Source of the DNA: an uncultured Thermotogae bacterium
GTDB taxonomy: Bacteria > Bipolaricaulota > Bipolaricaulia > UBA7950 > UBA9294
Assembly: GCA_964593295.1 (NCBI GenBank)
Contig: CAZQHD010000001.1
Span: forward strand, 1-34,014
Direction of reading: 5' to 3'
DNA: 34,014 nucleotides
Each line of letters opens with the position of its first letter. Within the stretch, counting starts at the first letter, position 1. Under the pieces are notes generated by a model, which made no database searches, was not told where the DNA came from, and saw nothing but the letters and a program-made list of their open reading frames with translations. A program made the translations under genes and the position numbers. Positions 25,259-33,748 of this stretch are shown here, piece after piece.

Positions 25259-25863
25259 GGCGCGGGACTCCTTTCGGGGGCGGTCGCAGCCGGAGGTGAA
25301 GGGGGAAGATCGATGAACCGTTGACTCACGGCCATCAGAACGGCCGCGCCCGCGCTTGGTGATGTCTCGTACCCATGCGACTGCGACGCGAGGATACGAT
25401 AGCTGTCTCCCGGCGACAACGCGTACTCTTCCGCTTCGACGTGGAGCGTGAGCCTTCCGTGGAGAACATACCCCAACTCAGATCCCAGGTGGATCGCGTC
25501 GAACTGCCGACAATCCGGCGGAAACTCAGCGATGAGCAGCTCCTGGATCGCTTGGTCGGGCAGCTGTCCCGACAGATACTGATAGGAGACCGGAGATCCA
25601 CCGATGCGAAGATGGAGCTGCTGATCCGCCAGGGTGATCACAGAAGGACGATCGGCCAGCGGGCGATTGCTGGAGAACAGTGACTCGATGGGAAGCTCCA
25701 GACCTCGACAGATGGCGGACAGGGAGACGATCGACAGGGAGGTGAGATCGCGCTCGACCTGAGACAGAAACCCAGGAGAAAGGCCGCTTCGTGATGACAA
25801 CATCTCCAGGGTCCAGCCCCGGCCCTTGCGGGCGGAGCGAATGCGACGGCCGAGGTCCTCCAT
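25255..25863 (-). CDS. XRE-family HTH transcriptional regulator with C-terminal cupin domain
   Basis: IRSARKGRGWTLEMLSSRSGLSPGFLSQVERD, then cupin-like GYVLHGRLTLHVEAEEYALSPGDSY. The stop overlaps the next start (ATGA at 25255-25258). Confidence 0.88.
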   Translation of the reverse strand: MEDLGRRIRSARKGRGWTLEMLSSRSGLSPGFLSQVERDLTSLSIVSLSAICRGLELPIESLFSSNRPLADRPSVITLADQQLHLRIGGSPVSYQYLSGQLPDQAIQELLIAEFPPDCRQFDAIHLGSELGYVLHGRLTLHVEAEEYALSPGDSYRILASQSHGYETSPSAGAAVLMAVSQRFIDLPPSPPAATAPERSPAP

Positions 25864-25870
25864 GTCTTTT

Positions 25871-25900
25871 AGTATATCGAAAAGGAGTTTAGAGATTCAA
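25871..25900 (-). promoter_or_regulatory. Candidate leaderless promoter TTGAAT-N18-TATACT, with the -10 ending 7 nt before ATG 25863
   Basis: Read on the minus strand within the only AT-rich stretch of the intergenic region. No SD precedes the ATG. Confidence 0.45.
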
Positions 25901-25982
25901 CGAAGTGAGGTCGCCATGGCCGACGGAGCATGGAGATGGGCACGCGGGCCCCGTACACTTGCCGCTGCAACCGAGAGGAGGA

Positions 25983-27059
25983 ATGATGGATCAGGAGAGG
26001 CTTGCGTTCTTCGGATCGTACATGTCAACGATCTGTCCGACCGGATATGAGGAAGAGGCGACGCGTGTCTGGTGCGAGGAGGCATCGGCATTTGCGGACC
26101 GAACGTGGACGGATCTTCACGGCAACGGGTTTGCCGTCGTGAACGAGGCGGGAAGCCCGCGGATACTTCTTGCCGGACACACCGATGAGATCGGACTGCA
26201 GATTAGCTATATCGACAAGGAGGGCTATCTGTTCTTCCGGGGACTGGGGGGCTGGGACCCTCAGATTCTCCCCGGACAGCGGGTAAGGATCAGGACAGCG
26301 ACGGGCATCGTGTCGGGGGTGATCGGGAGGAAGCCGATCCATCTTCTCAACGAGGAAGAGCGGAAGAAGGTCGTGAAGCTAGACGATCTCTGGATCGACA
26401 TCGGGGCATGTGATCAGCAGGAGGCGGCGACGTTGGTCGCGGTCGGAGATGCCGCGGTGGTGGAGTATGGGTTCGCTGAGCTGAGAAACGGCCTGATCGT
26501 CGGCCGCGGACTGGACGACCGCGTGGGCGCTTTCACCGTGCTGGAAGCTGCTCGCCTGGCTGCGCAGTTCTCGCCGAGCGCGGCGATCTACGCCGTGGCT
26601 ACGGTCCAGGAGGAGATCGGCGTACGGGGTGCTACCACGGCAACCTACGGGGTGGACCCGAAGGTGGGCATCGCGGTCGATGTGGGATTTGCCACGGATA
26701 CGCCGTCCTTGGATGCGGAGAAGAAGCGGATTGGAGAAGCCAAGATGGGAGGGGGGCCGATCGTCACGCGCGGTCCGAACGTAAACCCGAAATTGTACCG
26801 TCTCTTCCAGGCAGCCGCAGAGACGAATGGGATCCCATACCAAGTGAACGGACATCCCGGCGCGACCGGCACAGATGCTCGAGCCATTCAGCTGAGCCGG
26901 GCCGGCGTAGCGACCGGCCTGGTACAGATCCCGAGCCGCTACATGCACTCTCCGTCGGAGATCGTGCATGTGGGAGACGTGGAGAACGCAGCTCGTCTGA
27001 TCGCGCATACCATTGCCAAGATCGATGATCAAACGGATCTGATCCCGGGAGTGCGCTGA
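25983..27059 (+). CDS. M42 family metallo-aminopeptidase (FrvX/YsdC/PepA-like)
   Basis: LLAGHTDEIGL, GRGLDDRVGAF, VATVQEEIGVRGA, IPSRYMHSP. GAGAGGAGGA lies upstream of tandem ATGs at 25983/25986. Confidence 0.88.
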   Translation: MMDQERLAFFGSYMSTICPTGYEEEATRVWCEEASAFADRTWTDLHGNGFAVVNEAGSPRILLAGHTDEIGLQISYIDKEGYLFFRGLGGWDPQILPGQRVRIRTATGIVSGVIGRKPIHLLNEEERKKVVKLDDLWIDIGACDQQEAATLVAVGDAAVVEYGFAELRNGLIVGRGLDDRVGAFTVLEAARLAAQFSPSAAIYAVATVQEEIGVRGATTATYGVDPKVGIAVDVGFATDTPSLDAEKKRIGEAKMGGGPIVTRGPNVNPKLYRLFQAAAETNGIPYQVNGHPGATGTDARAIQLSRAGVATGLVQIPSRYMHSPSEIVHVGDVENAARLIAHTIAKIDDQTDLIPGVR

Positions 27060-27070
27060 CGCGGTGAGGA

Positions 27071-27099
27071 TTGCACTCAGCCCCTGCTTTGAGTACATT
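27071..27099 (+). promoter_or_regulatory. Candidate promoter TTGCAC-N17-TACATT driving the TPP riboswitch leader
   Basis: Hexamers read directly. The predicted TSS at about 27106 falls just before the conserved GGGGAGC of the aptamer. Confidence 0.4.
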
Positions 27100-27103
27100 G
27101 ATC

Positions 27104-27195
27104 ATGTTGGGGAGCTCATCACCGGGCTGAGAGGAGGACAACCCTCGACCCATTGAACCTGATCTGGATAATGCCAGCGCAGGGAGATCGACCGG
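27104..27195 (+). promoter_or_regulatory. TPP (THI-box) riboswitch aptamer (boundaries approximate)
   Basis: GGGGAGC...GCTGAGA...ACCC...AACCTGATCTGGATAATGCCAGCGCAGGGA matches the thi-box consensus almost base for base. It lies upstream of a thiamine pyrophosphokinase and a ThiY-type transporter operon. Confidence 0.88.
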
Positions 27196-27263
27196 ATCTT
27201 CGGTCTGTCAACGTTCGCGCCTTCTCTCGACCGACACATCGGGCTCCTCGCTAGGGGGAACGT

Positions 27264-27929
27264 GTGGAACGGATACTGATACTCGCCAACGGCGAGTGGG
27301 GCACGGCCGAGACAAACCGTCTGCGGCTGGAGAAGTGGGCGGCCGATGCAGACCATGTGATTGCCGCCGACGGCGCGATTGATCGTGCACGTGCCTGGGG
27401 TGTGCGGGTGGACACGTTGATCGGCGATCTGGACTCGGTGCTCCATCCGGAGGACCTGAAGCCACAGCTGCTCGATCTGGAGATCATCCGATATCCGAAG
27501 GAGAAGGACAGCACCGATCTTGAGCTTGCTGTCGAGTGGGCGTTGGATCGGTCTCCGGAACAAGTGACGCTCTTTGGGGCGACCGGCGGACGCATCGACC
27601 ACACCATGGCGAATCTTGCGCTATTGGAGCGAGGTTTACATGCCGGCGTTCCGATGCTGCTTGTCGACGGAAATGAGACGGTTCGGTTGCTCCAGCAGCA
27701 ACTCGTCCTCAACACGGCTTCGGTCGGCGATCGCGTCTCGCTGCTGCCGGTTTCGCTGTTTGTCACGGTCTCCTGTGAAGGTCTGCGCTACCGGCTGGTA
27801 TCGGAAAGGCTGTTTCGGGGGTGGGGACGGGGGGTCTCGAACGCGGTGACAGAGTTACCGGTGCGCATCTCTGTGGATACGGGCGTCCTCGCTGTCGTTC
27901 ATGCGGCGAGAGGGCCTGCGGAGCCATAA
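27264..27929 (+). CDS. thiN: Thiamine pyrophosphokinase (thiamine diphosphokinase)
   Basis: LIGDLDS, KDSTDLELA, GATGGRIDHTMANL. GTG start is preceded by GGGGGA. Confidence 0.85.
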   Translation: MERILILANGEWGTAETNRLRLEKWAADADHVIAADGAIDRARAWGVRVDTLIGDLDSVLHPEDLKPQLLDLEIIRYPKEKDSTDLELAVEWALDRSPEQVTLFGATGGRIDHTMANLALLERGLHAGVPMLLVDGNETVRLLQQQLVLNTASVGDRVSLLPVSLFVTVSCEGLRYRLVSERLFRGWGRGVSNAVTELPVRISVDTGVLAVVHAARGPAEP

Positions 27930-28726
27930 TGGGTCGCTGTGTTCAGGGACGATGCTGGGGGACGAAGTGGCTCGATCGAGGGCCTGTCCGTTGGCTCTTG
28001 AGCATGGCATGCTTCGTCTTCCTATGGTATGCGGTGATCTGGGTCTTCCGGTTTCCCGGCTACGTTCTGCCGACCCCACACGCGGTCGCCCTGACGATTC
28101 ATGGGGATGCAAGCATGCTGCTACGCCACATGCTGAGAACGGGGTTCGAGGCCGTGGTCGGCCTTGCGATTGCGCTGATTCTTGGGGTTGTAGTGGCTCT
28201 CAGTGTGCACCGGTTCCGCCTGATCCGGTATCTCACCGTGCCGCATCTGGTTCTTCTGCAAGCGGTCCCACTGATCGCGGTGGCTCCGGTGATTGTCGTT
28301 TGGTTCGGTTTTGGAGCATTGGCCAAGATTCTGGTGGTAACGTTCGTCTGTTTCTTTCCTGTGGCCGTGAATGCATTGGAGGGGTTCCAGTCCGTGGATC
28401 CGCTGTATCGCGATCTGCTGGAGACTTTCGGCGCGTCGCGCTGGGCTCGCTACTGGCACCTGTACCTGCCCGCGAGTCTTCCCGGGATCAACTCCGGGGC
28501 GAAGATTGCTGCCACGTACTCCGTCCTGGGCGCGGTGATCGGGGAGTGGCTGGGGGGATCCGTGGGCATTGGCGTCTACATGACGCGAGCCCAGCGGTCA
28601 TTCCGCAACGATCGACTGTTCGCCGCGATCGTCTTGGTCATGCTGATGAGTTTGGGCTTGTACAAGCTCGTGGAGGCCGCGGGTGAGGCGGCGACTCCGT
28701 GGATGAGGAGGATGCGAAATGAGTAG
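27929..28726 (+). CDS. thiX: ABC transporter permease (NitT/TauT-type; ThiX-like)
   Basis: Six-TM BPD-type permease. ATG overlaps the thiN stop (TAATG at 27927-27931). The 36 upstream ORF codons were discarded. Confidence 0.8.
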   Translation: MGRCVQGRCWGTKWLDRGPVRWLLSMACFVFLWYAVIWVFRFPGYVLPTPHAVALTIHGDASMLLRHMLRTGFEAVVGLAIALILGVVVALSVHRFRLIRYLTVPHLVLLQAVPLIAVAPVIVVWFGFGALAKILVVTFVCFFPVAVNALEGFQSVDPLYRDLLETFGASRWARYWHLYLPASLPGINSGAKIAATYSVLGAVIGEWLGGSVGIGVYMTRAQRSFRNDRLFAAIVLVMLMSLGLYKLVEAAGEAATPWMRRMRNE

Positions 28727-29699
28727 ATGGATCGCAGGATGGGTGATCCTCGCGGGATGGCTCTGCCTGTCGCTGGCTTTCGCGGTGGCGGAGCCGGTTC
28801 GGATTGCCTTGGACTGGACACCCAACACCAATCACACGGGAATCTTCGTGGCACAGTCAGAAGGGTATTTCGCCGAGGAGGGGCTGACGGTGGAAGTCAT
28901 CGAGATGGGGCCCGGCCTGGGCGTCCATCTGGTGGCGAGCGGGCAGTGCGAGTTCGCCGTGTCCATGCAAGAGGAGATCACCATGGCGCGTGCCCAAGGC
29001 ATGCCCGTCGTGTCGGTCGCCGCGCTGTACCCGCACAACACGTCCGGATTCATGGCGCCGGCCGAGCTCGGCATCGAGTCGCCCATGGACTTCGAAGGGC
29101 TTCGCTATGGCGGATGGGGTCAGGACTTCGAACGAGCAATTCTCCGAACCGTGATGGAGGCCGATGGTGCCGATCCGGAGAGCGTTCAGATGGTCGACTT
29201 GGGGATGCTCGACGTTCCCGTGGCTCTTCAGAGAGGGTTCGCGGATCTCTTCTGGGTGTTCTTTGGGTGGCAAGGGGTACAGGCGCAGCTTCTGGGCATC
29301 GAGTTCACGTACCTCCCGCTGGCGCAGCTGGCGGAGGCGCTCGACTACTACACACCGCTGATCGCCACCTCGGAGGCGATGATCGCGAAGCATCCCGAAA
29401 TCGTCGCACGGTTTCTCCGTGCAATGGCGCGCGGATACGTGTTCGCGGCGCGCGAGCCAGAGGCCGCGGCAGAGGCCTTGCTTTCATTCGCTCCGGAGCT
29501 GGATCGCGACCTGGTGTTGGCGTCACAACGATGGCTCTCCGATCACGGCGTGCATGATCTGGACCTCTGGGGATGGCAACGACAGGGGATTTGGGCGGTG
29601 TTCTCGGAGTGGGCACACCGACATGGACTCATCGAGTCCCCCATTCATGCCGAGGATGCCTATACCAATGAGCTTCTTCCCGGCGAAGGTCCGTCTTGA
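28719..29699 (+). CDS. thiY: NMT1/THI5-like ABC substrate-binding protein (ThiY-like, thiamine/pyrimidine-moiety binding)
   Basis: Signal peptide WVILAGWLCLSLAFAVA. Hallmark LDWTPNTNHTGIFVA. GGAGGA lies 7 nt upstream of the ATG. Confidence 0.82.
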   Translation: MSRWIAGWVILAGWLCLSLAFAVAEPVRIALDWTPNTNHTGIFVAQSEGYFAEEGLTVEVIEMGPGLGVHLVASGQCEFAVSMQEEITMARAQGMPVVSVAALYPHNTSGFMAPAELGIESPMDFEGLRYGGWGQDFERAILRTVMEADGADPESVQMVDLGMLDVPVALQRGFADLFWVFFGWQGVQAQLLGIEFTYLPLAQLAEALDYYTPLIATSEAMIAKHPEIVARFLRAMARGYVFAAREPEAAAEALLSFAPELDRDLVLASQRWLSDHGVHDLDLWGWQRQGIWAVFSEWAHRHGLIESPIHAEDAYTNELLPGEGPS

Positions 29700-30532
29700 G
29701 CCAGCGCCTCACCGTTTGCGGGCTGCACAAGTCATTCGGATGCCTGGAAGTGCTGCGTGACGTTGGCTTCACCCTGGACCGCTCCGAGTCGTTGGCCGTC
29801 GTGGGACCGTCGGGCTGCGGGAAGACGACCCTGCTGCGGATTCTCCTCGGCCTGGAGTCGCTGGACGCCGGATGGTTTTCGCAGACCCTCGATCGTACGG
29901 GGTATCTTCCCCAAGGTGCACAGCTGTTTCCCTGGAAGCGCGTGATGGAGAACATTGAGCTCCCGCTGCAGCTCCAAGGTGTGCGGAGGAAGATCCGACG
30001 GGCTGCCGTTCGCGCACATCTGTCCGTGTTCGGGTTGGAGGGGTTCGAACGCTCATACCCCTACGAGCTCTCCGGGGGGATGCAGCAACGCGTCGCGCTA
30101 TTGCGCGCAGTGTCGGCGGGGGCCCGGACGCTCCTGCTGGACGAGCCATTCGGGGCTCTCGACACAGTGACCAGGCAACGCCTGCAAGACTGGCTGCTTG
30201 AGGTGTTGGCCCGGGTGCGGTGCTCGCTGGTGTTCGTGACGCACGACCTGGAGGAGGCGGTGGTGCTGGCCCAGAGGATTGTCGTTCTCAGTGAGCGGCC
30301 GGCGGAGGTTCTGGGAGAGATCTCCGTCAAACTATCGTCCCAGGAGCGGTCCGACCGCCTGTCGGAGGCATTCTTGCGGGCGAGGCAGTCACTGGTCGAT
30401 CTCATCCTCTCTCGGTCCTCCGGCCGTCGAGGTGTTGACGCGGCCGTGGAGGGGGTACAGGAGCAAGGGACGCCGGCAGGGCGCTCTATTGTGGTCTCCA
30501 AGGGAGCGAACGAAGACGACCTGCTCGCTTGA
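29696..30532 (+). CDS. thiZ: ABC transporter ATP-binding protein (ThiZ-like)
   Basis: VVGPSGCGKTTLL, LSGGMQQRVALLRA, LLLDEPFGALD. TTG start overlaps the thiY stop (TTGA). Confidence 0.85.
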   Translation: MSQRLTVCGLHKSFGCLEVLRDVGFTLDRSESLAVVGPSGCGKTTLLRILLGLESLDAGWFSQTLDRTGYLPQGAQLFPWKRVMENIELPLQLQGVRRKIRRAAVRAHLSVFGLEGFERSYPYELSGGMQQRVALLRAVSAGARTLLLDEPFGALDTVTRQRLQDWLLEVLARVRCSLVFVTHDLEEAVVLAQRIVVLSERPAEVLGEISVKLSSQERSDRLSEAFLRARQSLVDLILSRSSGRRGVDAAVEGVQEQGTPAGRSIVVSKGANEDDLLA

Positions 30533-30558
30533 CTTCATCCTTCCGGGGACAGTACGAT
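30529..30558 (+). promoter_or_regulatory. Candidate leaderless promoter TTGACT-N18-TACGAT, with the -10 ending 7 nt before ATG 30566
   Basis: Read directly. No SD lies upstream of ATG 30566. Confidence 0.4.
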
Positions 30559-30565
30559 CCACGGC

Positions 30566-31474
30566 ATGGCGGGCAAAGAGGCATTCTTCTTCATCATCAA
30601 CCTGATCGCAGGACAGGGACGATGCAAGGAGATCTACCCCAAGATCAAGTTGGAGCTGGATCGGCGGAAAGTCGAGTACGACCTCCATTTCACCAACGAA
30701 CCGTTGGAAGCGGTCGGAGTCGCCAAGATGGGCATCGACGCGGGGTTCTCGCGTGTTGTGGCCATGGGAGGCGATGGCACGATCAACGAGGTGGTGAACG
30801 GTCTGCTGGGATCGGACGCGGTGCTCGGCGTGGTGCCCGCGGGCACGGGAAATGACTTCATCCGCATGTTGGGCATTCCTGCTGACCCCATCCAGGCACT
30901 TGATGCCTTGCTTCGTGGTGTTCCACGAGCCATCGACCTGGGCAGGGTGGGGGATGATCGCTGTTTCATCAATGGTTTGGGGATCGGCATCGATGCCCAG
31001 GTCGCGCGCGATGTGCTCCGGATGGAGGGACGGCGAGGATCGATGGCCTACATCTCGGCCGCGATTCGTCAGATCTTCCGTTTCAAGGCATTCTCAGTCA
31101 CGGTGAACACACCCGAAGAGCAGATGGAGCTTTCGTGTCTCTCGGTCGGGGTGGCCAACGGCATCTACGCAGGGGGAGGGTTTCGGTTGGCGCCGATCGC
31201 AGATATCCATGACGGCCTATTGGATCTGTCGGCTGTGGGGGACTACGCGACCCTGGAACGTTTGGTCCGCCTCCCACGCGTGCGCGCAGGAAGACACGTG
31301 ACATGGAAGCGGGTTACGTATCGACAGACGCCCGAGGTCACGCTCGCGTCTTCTTCGAACCTGATCGCACACATGGATGGAGAACCGTATCGACTGCCGG
31401 GAACGACGTTCACGGTTTGTGCAGTTCCTGAGGCACTGCGGGTATTGGTCCCTCCGCCGCCTACGCCCGCCTGA
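30566..31474 (+). CDS. Diacylglycerol kinase-family lipid kinase (YegS/DagK/BmrU-like)
   Basis: VVAMGGDGTINEV, GVVPAGTGNDF, DGEPY near the C-terminus. Confidence 0.88.
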   Translation: MAGKEAFFFIINLIAGQGRCKEIYPKIKLELDRRKVEYDLHFTNEPLEAVGVAKMGIDAGFSRVVAMGGDGTINEVVNGLLGSDAVLGVVPAGTGNDFIRMLGIPADPIQALDALLRGVPRAIDLGRVGDDRCFINGLGIGIDAQVARDVLRMEGRRGSMAYISAAIRQIFRFKAFSVTVNTPEEQMELSCLSVGVANGIYAGGGFRLAPIADIHDGLLDLSAVGDYATLERLVRLPRVRAGRHVTWKRVTYRQTPEVTLASSSNLIAHMDGEPYRLPGTTFTVCAVPEALRVLVPPPPTPA

Positions 31475-33200
31475 ACCGCTTGTCCAACGCTTCCTTCGAG
31501 TAGCTGATGATGACGGGCCTTCCGTGAGGACAGTTGTAAGGGTTCTCCATGGTCATCAGCTCGTCCACCAAGGCCTGCGCTTCGACCAAGGGGATCGGTT
31601 CGCCTGCCTTGATGGCTGCGCTGCAGGCGAGCTGACTGAACAGGCGTGCGTATAGTGCCTCACTTGTGTTCCCGCGCTCGGAGAGGACATCCACCAGCGC
31701 CTCGATCAGCTCATCGAATCCGCGAAGGGACTGGTCCACGGCCAGCACCTGCGGAAACTCCCGCAGGAGAAACGTCCCGCCTCCAAAGTCGTCCAGCACG
31801 ACGCCGATCTCTGCAAGCTCGTCCAGATAGGAAGTGACGACCGTGGCCTGTTCGAAGGACAGCTCAATGCGCGCGGGGAGAAGGAAGACCTGTCGTGCGA
31901 TCCCTGAGGGCCACTCTCGCTGAAGGCGCTCGAAGAGGATTCTCTCGTGAGCGATGTGCTGATCGACCAGATCTAATCCGTCCGGGGTTTCCACCACCAG
32001 GTAGGTTCTGTGGATCTGCCCGAGCACGCGTGCGTCTCCGGCAAGGCTCACTTTCTCCGTTACTTGGAGGTCGCGGGAGCGCTGGATCTCACGGACTAAG
32101 TCCAACCCCATCTGCTGACGCGAAGCCTGAGGGTCTCGAGAGGGCCTCGTGGACTCAGGCGCAGCGCCCCGCTCCGCTGCGGGCCCGGAGCGAGACGCCA
32201 AGGAACCGACCACCATGCGGCTGGACAGGGCGCGTTGGAGCGCAGCGGAAACTGCATCTTGAACCTGACGTGGATGGGAGTAGCGAACCTCTTCCTTTCT
32301 TGGATGGACGTTCACATCGACCTCGGAGAGGGGGACACGGAGATAGACGCAGGCGATGGGGAAACTCCCGCTGCGCAGGATCCCACGGTACGCGCTGGAA
32401 AGCAGGAACGAAAGCCCCCGATCGAACACGGCTCTTCCGTTGACGGCGAAGAGCTGGTCACGACGCGTCCCCCGCCGAAGATCCGGACGGCTGATGTAGC
32501 CGGCAACCTCGATGTGGTCTCTCGTCAGGTCAATGGGGATCATCGCTTCGGCGACGTCAGGTCCATAGATCTGTGCGATGCGTTCGAGCGGGCTTGCCAC
32601 ACGCGGCGCGTCCAGCACATCACGGTCTCCATGTCTCACTTTCCAGCCTACCTCCGGACGCAGCAGGGCGAGCCGATGAACCATTCGGTTGATGTGCAGG
32701 GTCTCAGTTCGATCGCTTCCCAGAAATGCCCGGCGAGCGGGGAGATTGTGGAAGAGATCTCGGACCTCGACAGTGGTTCCGCGAGCACGAGCCGCGGGTC
32801 GGATCTCGAGGACGCGGCCCTGTTCAGCGATCAGTTCCTGGGCGCCGTCCTCCTCTCCGGCACAGGTCTTGATCAGAAGACGGGAGACGGCGGCAATGCT
32901 TGCCAACGCCTCTCCCCGGAACCCCATGGTCGTGACTTGGTAGAGATCCTCCTCGCGCGTGATCTTGCTGGTGGCATACCTCTCCACGGCCAGCGTCAAA
33001 TCCGAGCTGCTCATGCCGAACCCGTCATCGCGGACCGAGATCAGCGACTTGCCTCCGTCGACGGTCCACACGTCGATGCTCTCGCTCTTAGCATCGAGGG
33101 CGTTCTCGAGAAGCTCTTTGATCACCGAGGCGGGCCGGTCGACGACTTCCCCCGCCGCAATCTTCTGGGTGAGGTGTTTGTCAAGACGCTGGATGGCCAT
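31461..33200 (-). CDS. mutL: DNA mismatch repair protein MutL (endonuclease-type)
   Basis: GHKL ATPase N-terminus IAAGEVVDRPASVIKELLENALDA. Endonuclease motif DQHIAHERILFE. C-terminal ACSAAIKAG and CPHGRP. ATG 33200 (MAIQRL) was preferred over TTG 33236. Confidence 0.92.
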   Translation of the reverse strand: MAIQRLDKHLTQKIAAGEVVDRPASVIKELLENALDAKSESIDVWTVDGGKSLISVRDDGFGMSSSDLTLAVERYATSKITREEDLYQVTTMGFRGEALASIAAVSRLLIKTCAGEEDGAQELIAEQGRVLEIRPAARARGTTVEVRDLFHNLPARRAFLGSDRTETLHINRMVHRLALLRPEVGWKVRHGDRDVLDAPRVASPLERIAQIYGPDVAEAMIPIDLTRDHIEVAGYISRPDLRRGTRRDQLFAVNGRAVFDRGLSFLLSSAYRGILRSGSFPIACVYLRVPLSEVDVNVHPRKEEVRYSHPRQVQDAVSAALQRALSSRMVVGSLASRSGPAAERGAAPESTRPSRDPQASRQQMGLDLVREIQRSRDLQVTEKVSLAGDARVLGQIHRTYLVVETPDGLDLVDQHIAHERILFERLQREWPSGIARQVFLLPARIELSFEQATVVTSYLDELAEIGVVLDDFGGGTFLLREFPQVLAVDQSLRGFDELIEALVDVLSERGNTSEALYARLFSQLACSAAIKAGEPIPLVEAQALVDELMTMENPYNCPHGRPVIISYSKEALDKRFRRA

Positions 33201-33283
33201 GAAACTGAGCCTACCAGATCTCACAAATCCGGGCAATGCGCTTGTCTTCCCGGGCCGTTGTCGGCTATCGTTGCGTGACCACT

Positions 33284-33748
33284 ATGCACACCATCCGTAT
33301 GCTTCGCCGGACCCTAGGGCTCTCGAGCGACAATCAGGTCCGAAACCGAATGGACCAGATCAAGGACCTGCTGGCCGACCATATCCGACGAGGGCCGAAC
33401 AATCAGGTCTTCCTGACCGACCCTGGGCTCGGTTTGCTGCGCAGGCTCCAAGAATTGCACGAAACGGGATTAACGTTGACGGAGGCGAGCAGCGCTCTCA
33501 GAGTAGATGCACTATATACACTATATGCAAAGAGTGATGGTGAGGGCGGTTTAGGACTAAACAGCAGGAAACCGGAAGATGCTGGGCCGGTGTTTGCTGC
33601 AGAACGCGTGATTGCTGAACTCGAGAAGCTGCGCGAAGAGATGGCGCAGCTCTCGAATCGGCTCGCCGCGGCCGAGGACCAGACAACACAGAGGCCGGAG
33701 GCCTCGCGTTGGTGGCTGGAGCTACGGGAGGACGTAGATGTCACTTAG
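33284..33748 (+). CDS. Hypothetical protein with possible N-terminal HTH and C-terminal coiled coil
   Basis: MHTIRMLRRTLGLSSDNQVRNRMDQIK..., later VIAELEKLREEMAQLSNRLAAAE. ATG 33284 was chosen over the 33236 ORF start. It overlaps the next gene by 11 nt. Confidence 0.55.
   Translation: MHTIRMLRRTLGLSSDNQVRNRMDQIKDLLADHIRRGPNNQVFLTDPGLGLLRRLQELHETGLTLTEASSALRVDALYTLYAKSDGEGGLGLNSRKPEDAGPVFAAERVIAELEKLREEMAQLSNRLAAAEDQTTQRPEASRWWLELREDVDVT

Noticed and set aside
27102-27766. Minus-strand ORFs (27102..27602, 27251..27766) across the thiamine leader
   Set aside because: They overlap the TPP riboswitch and the well-supported thiN gene on the opposite strand.
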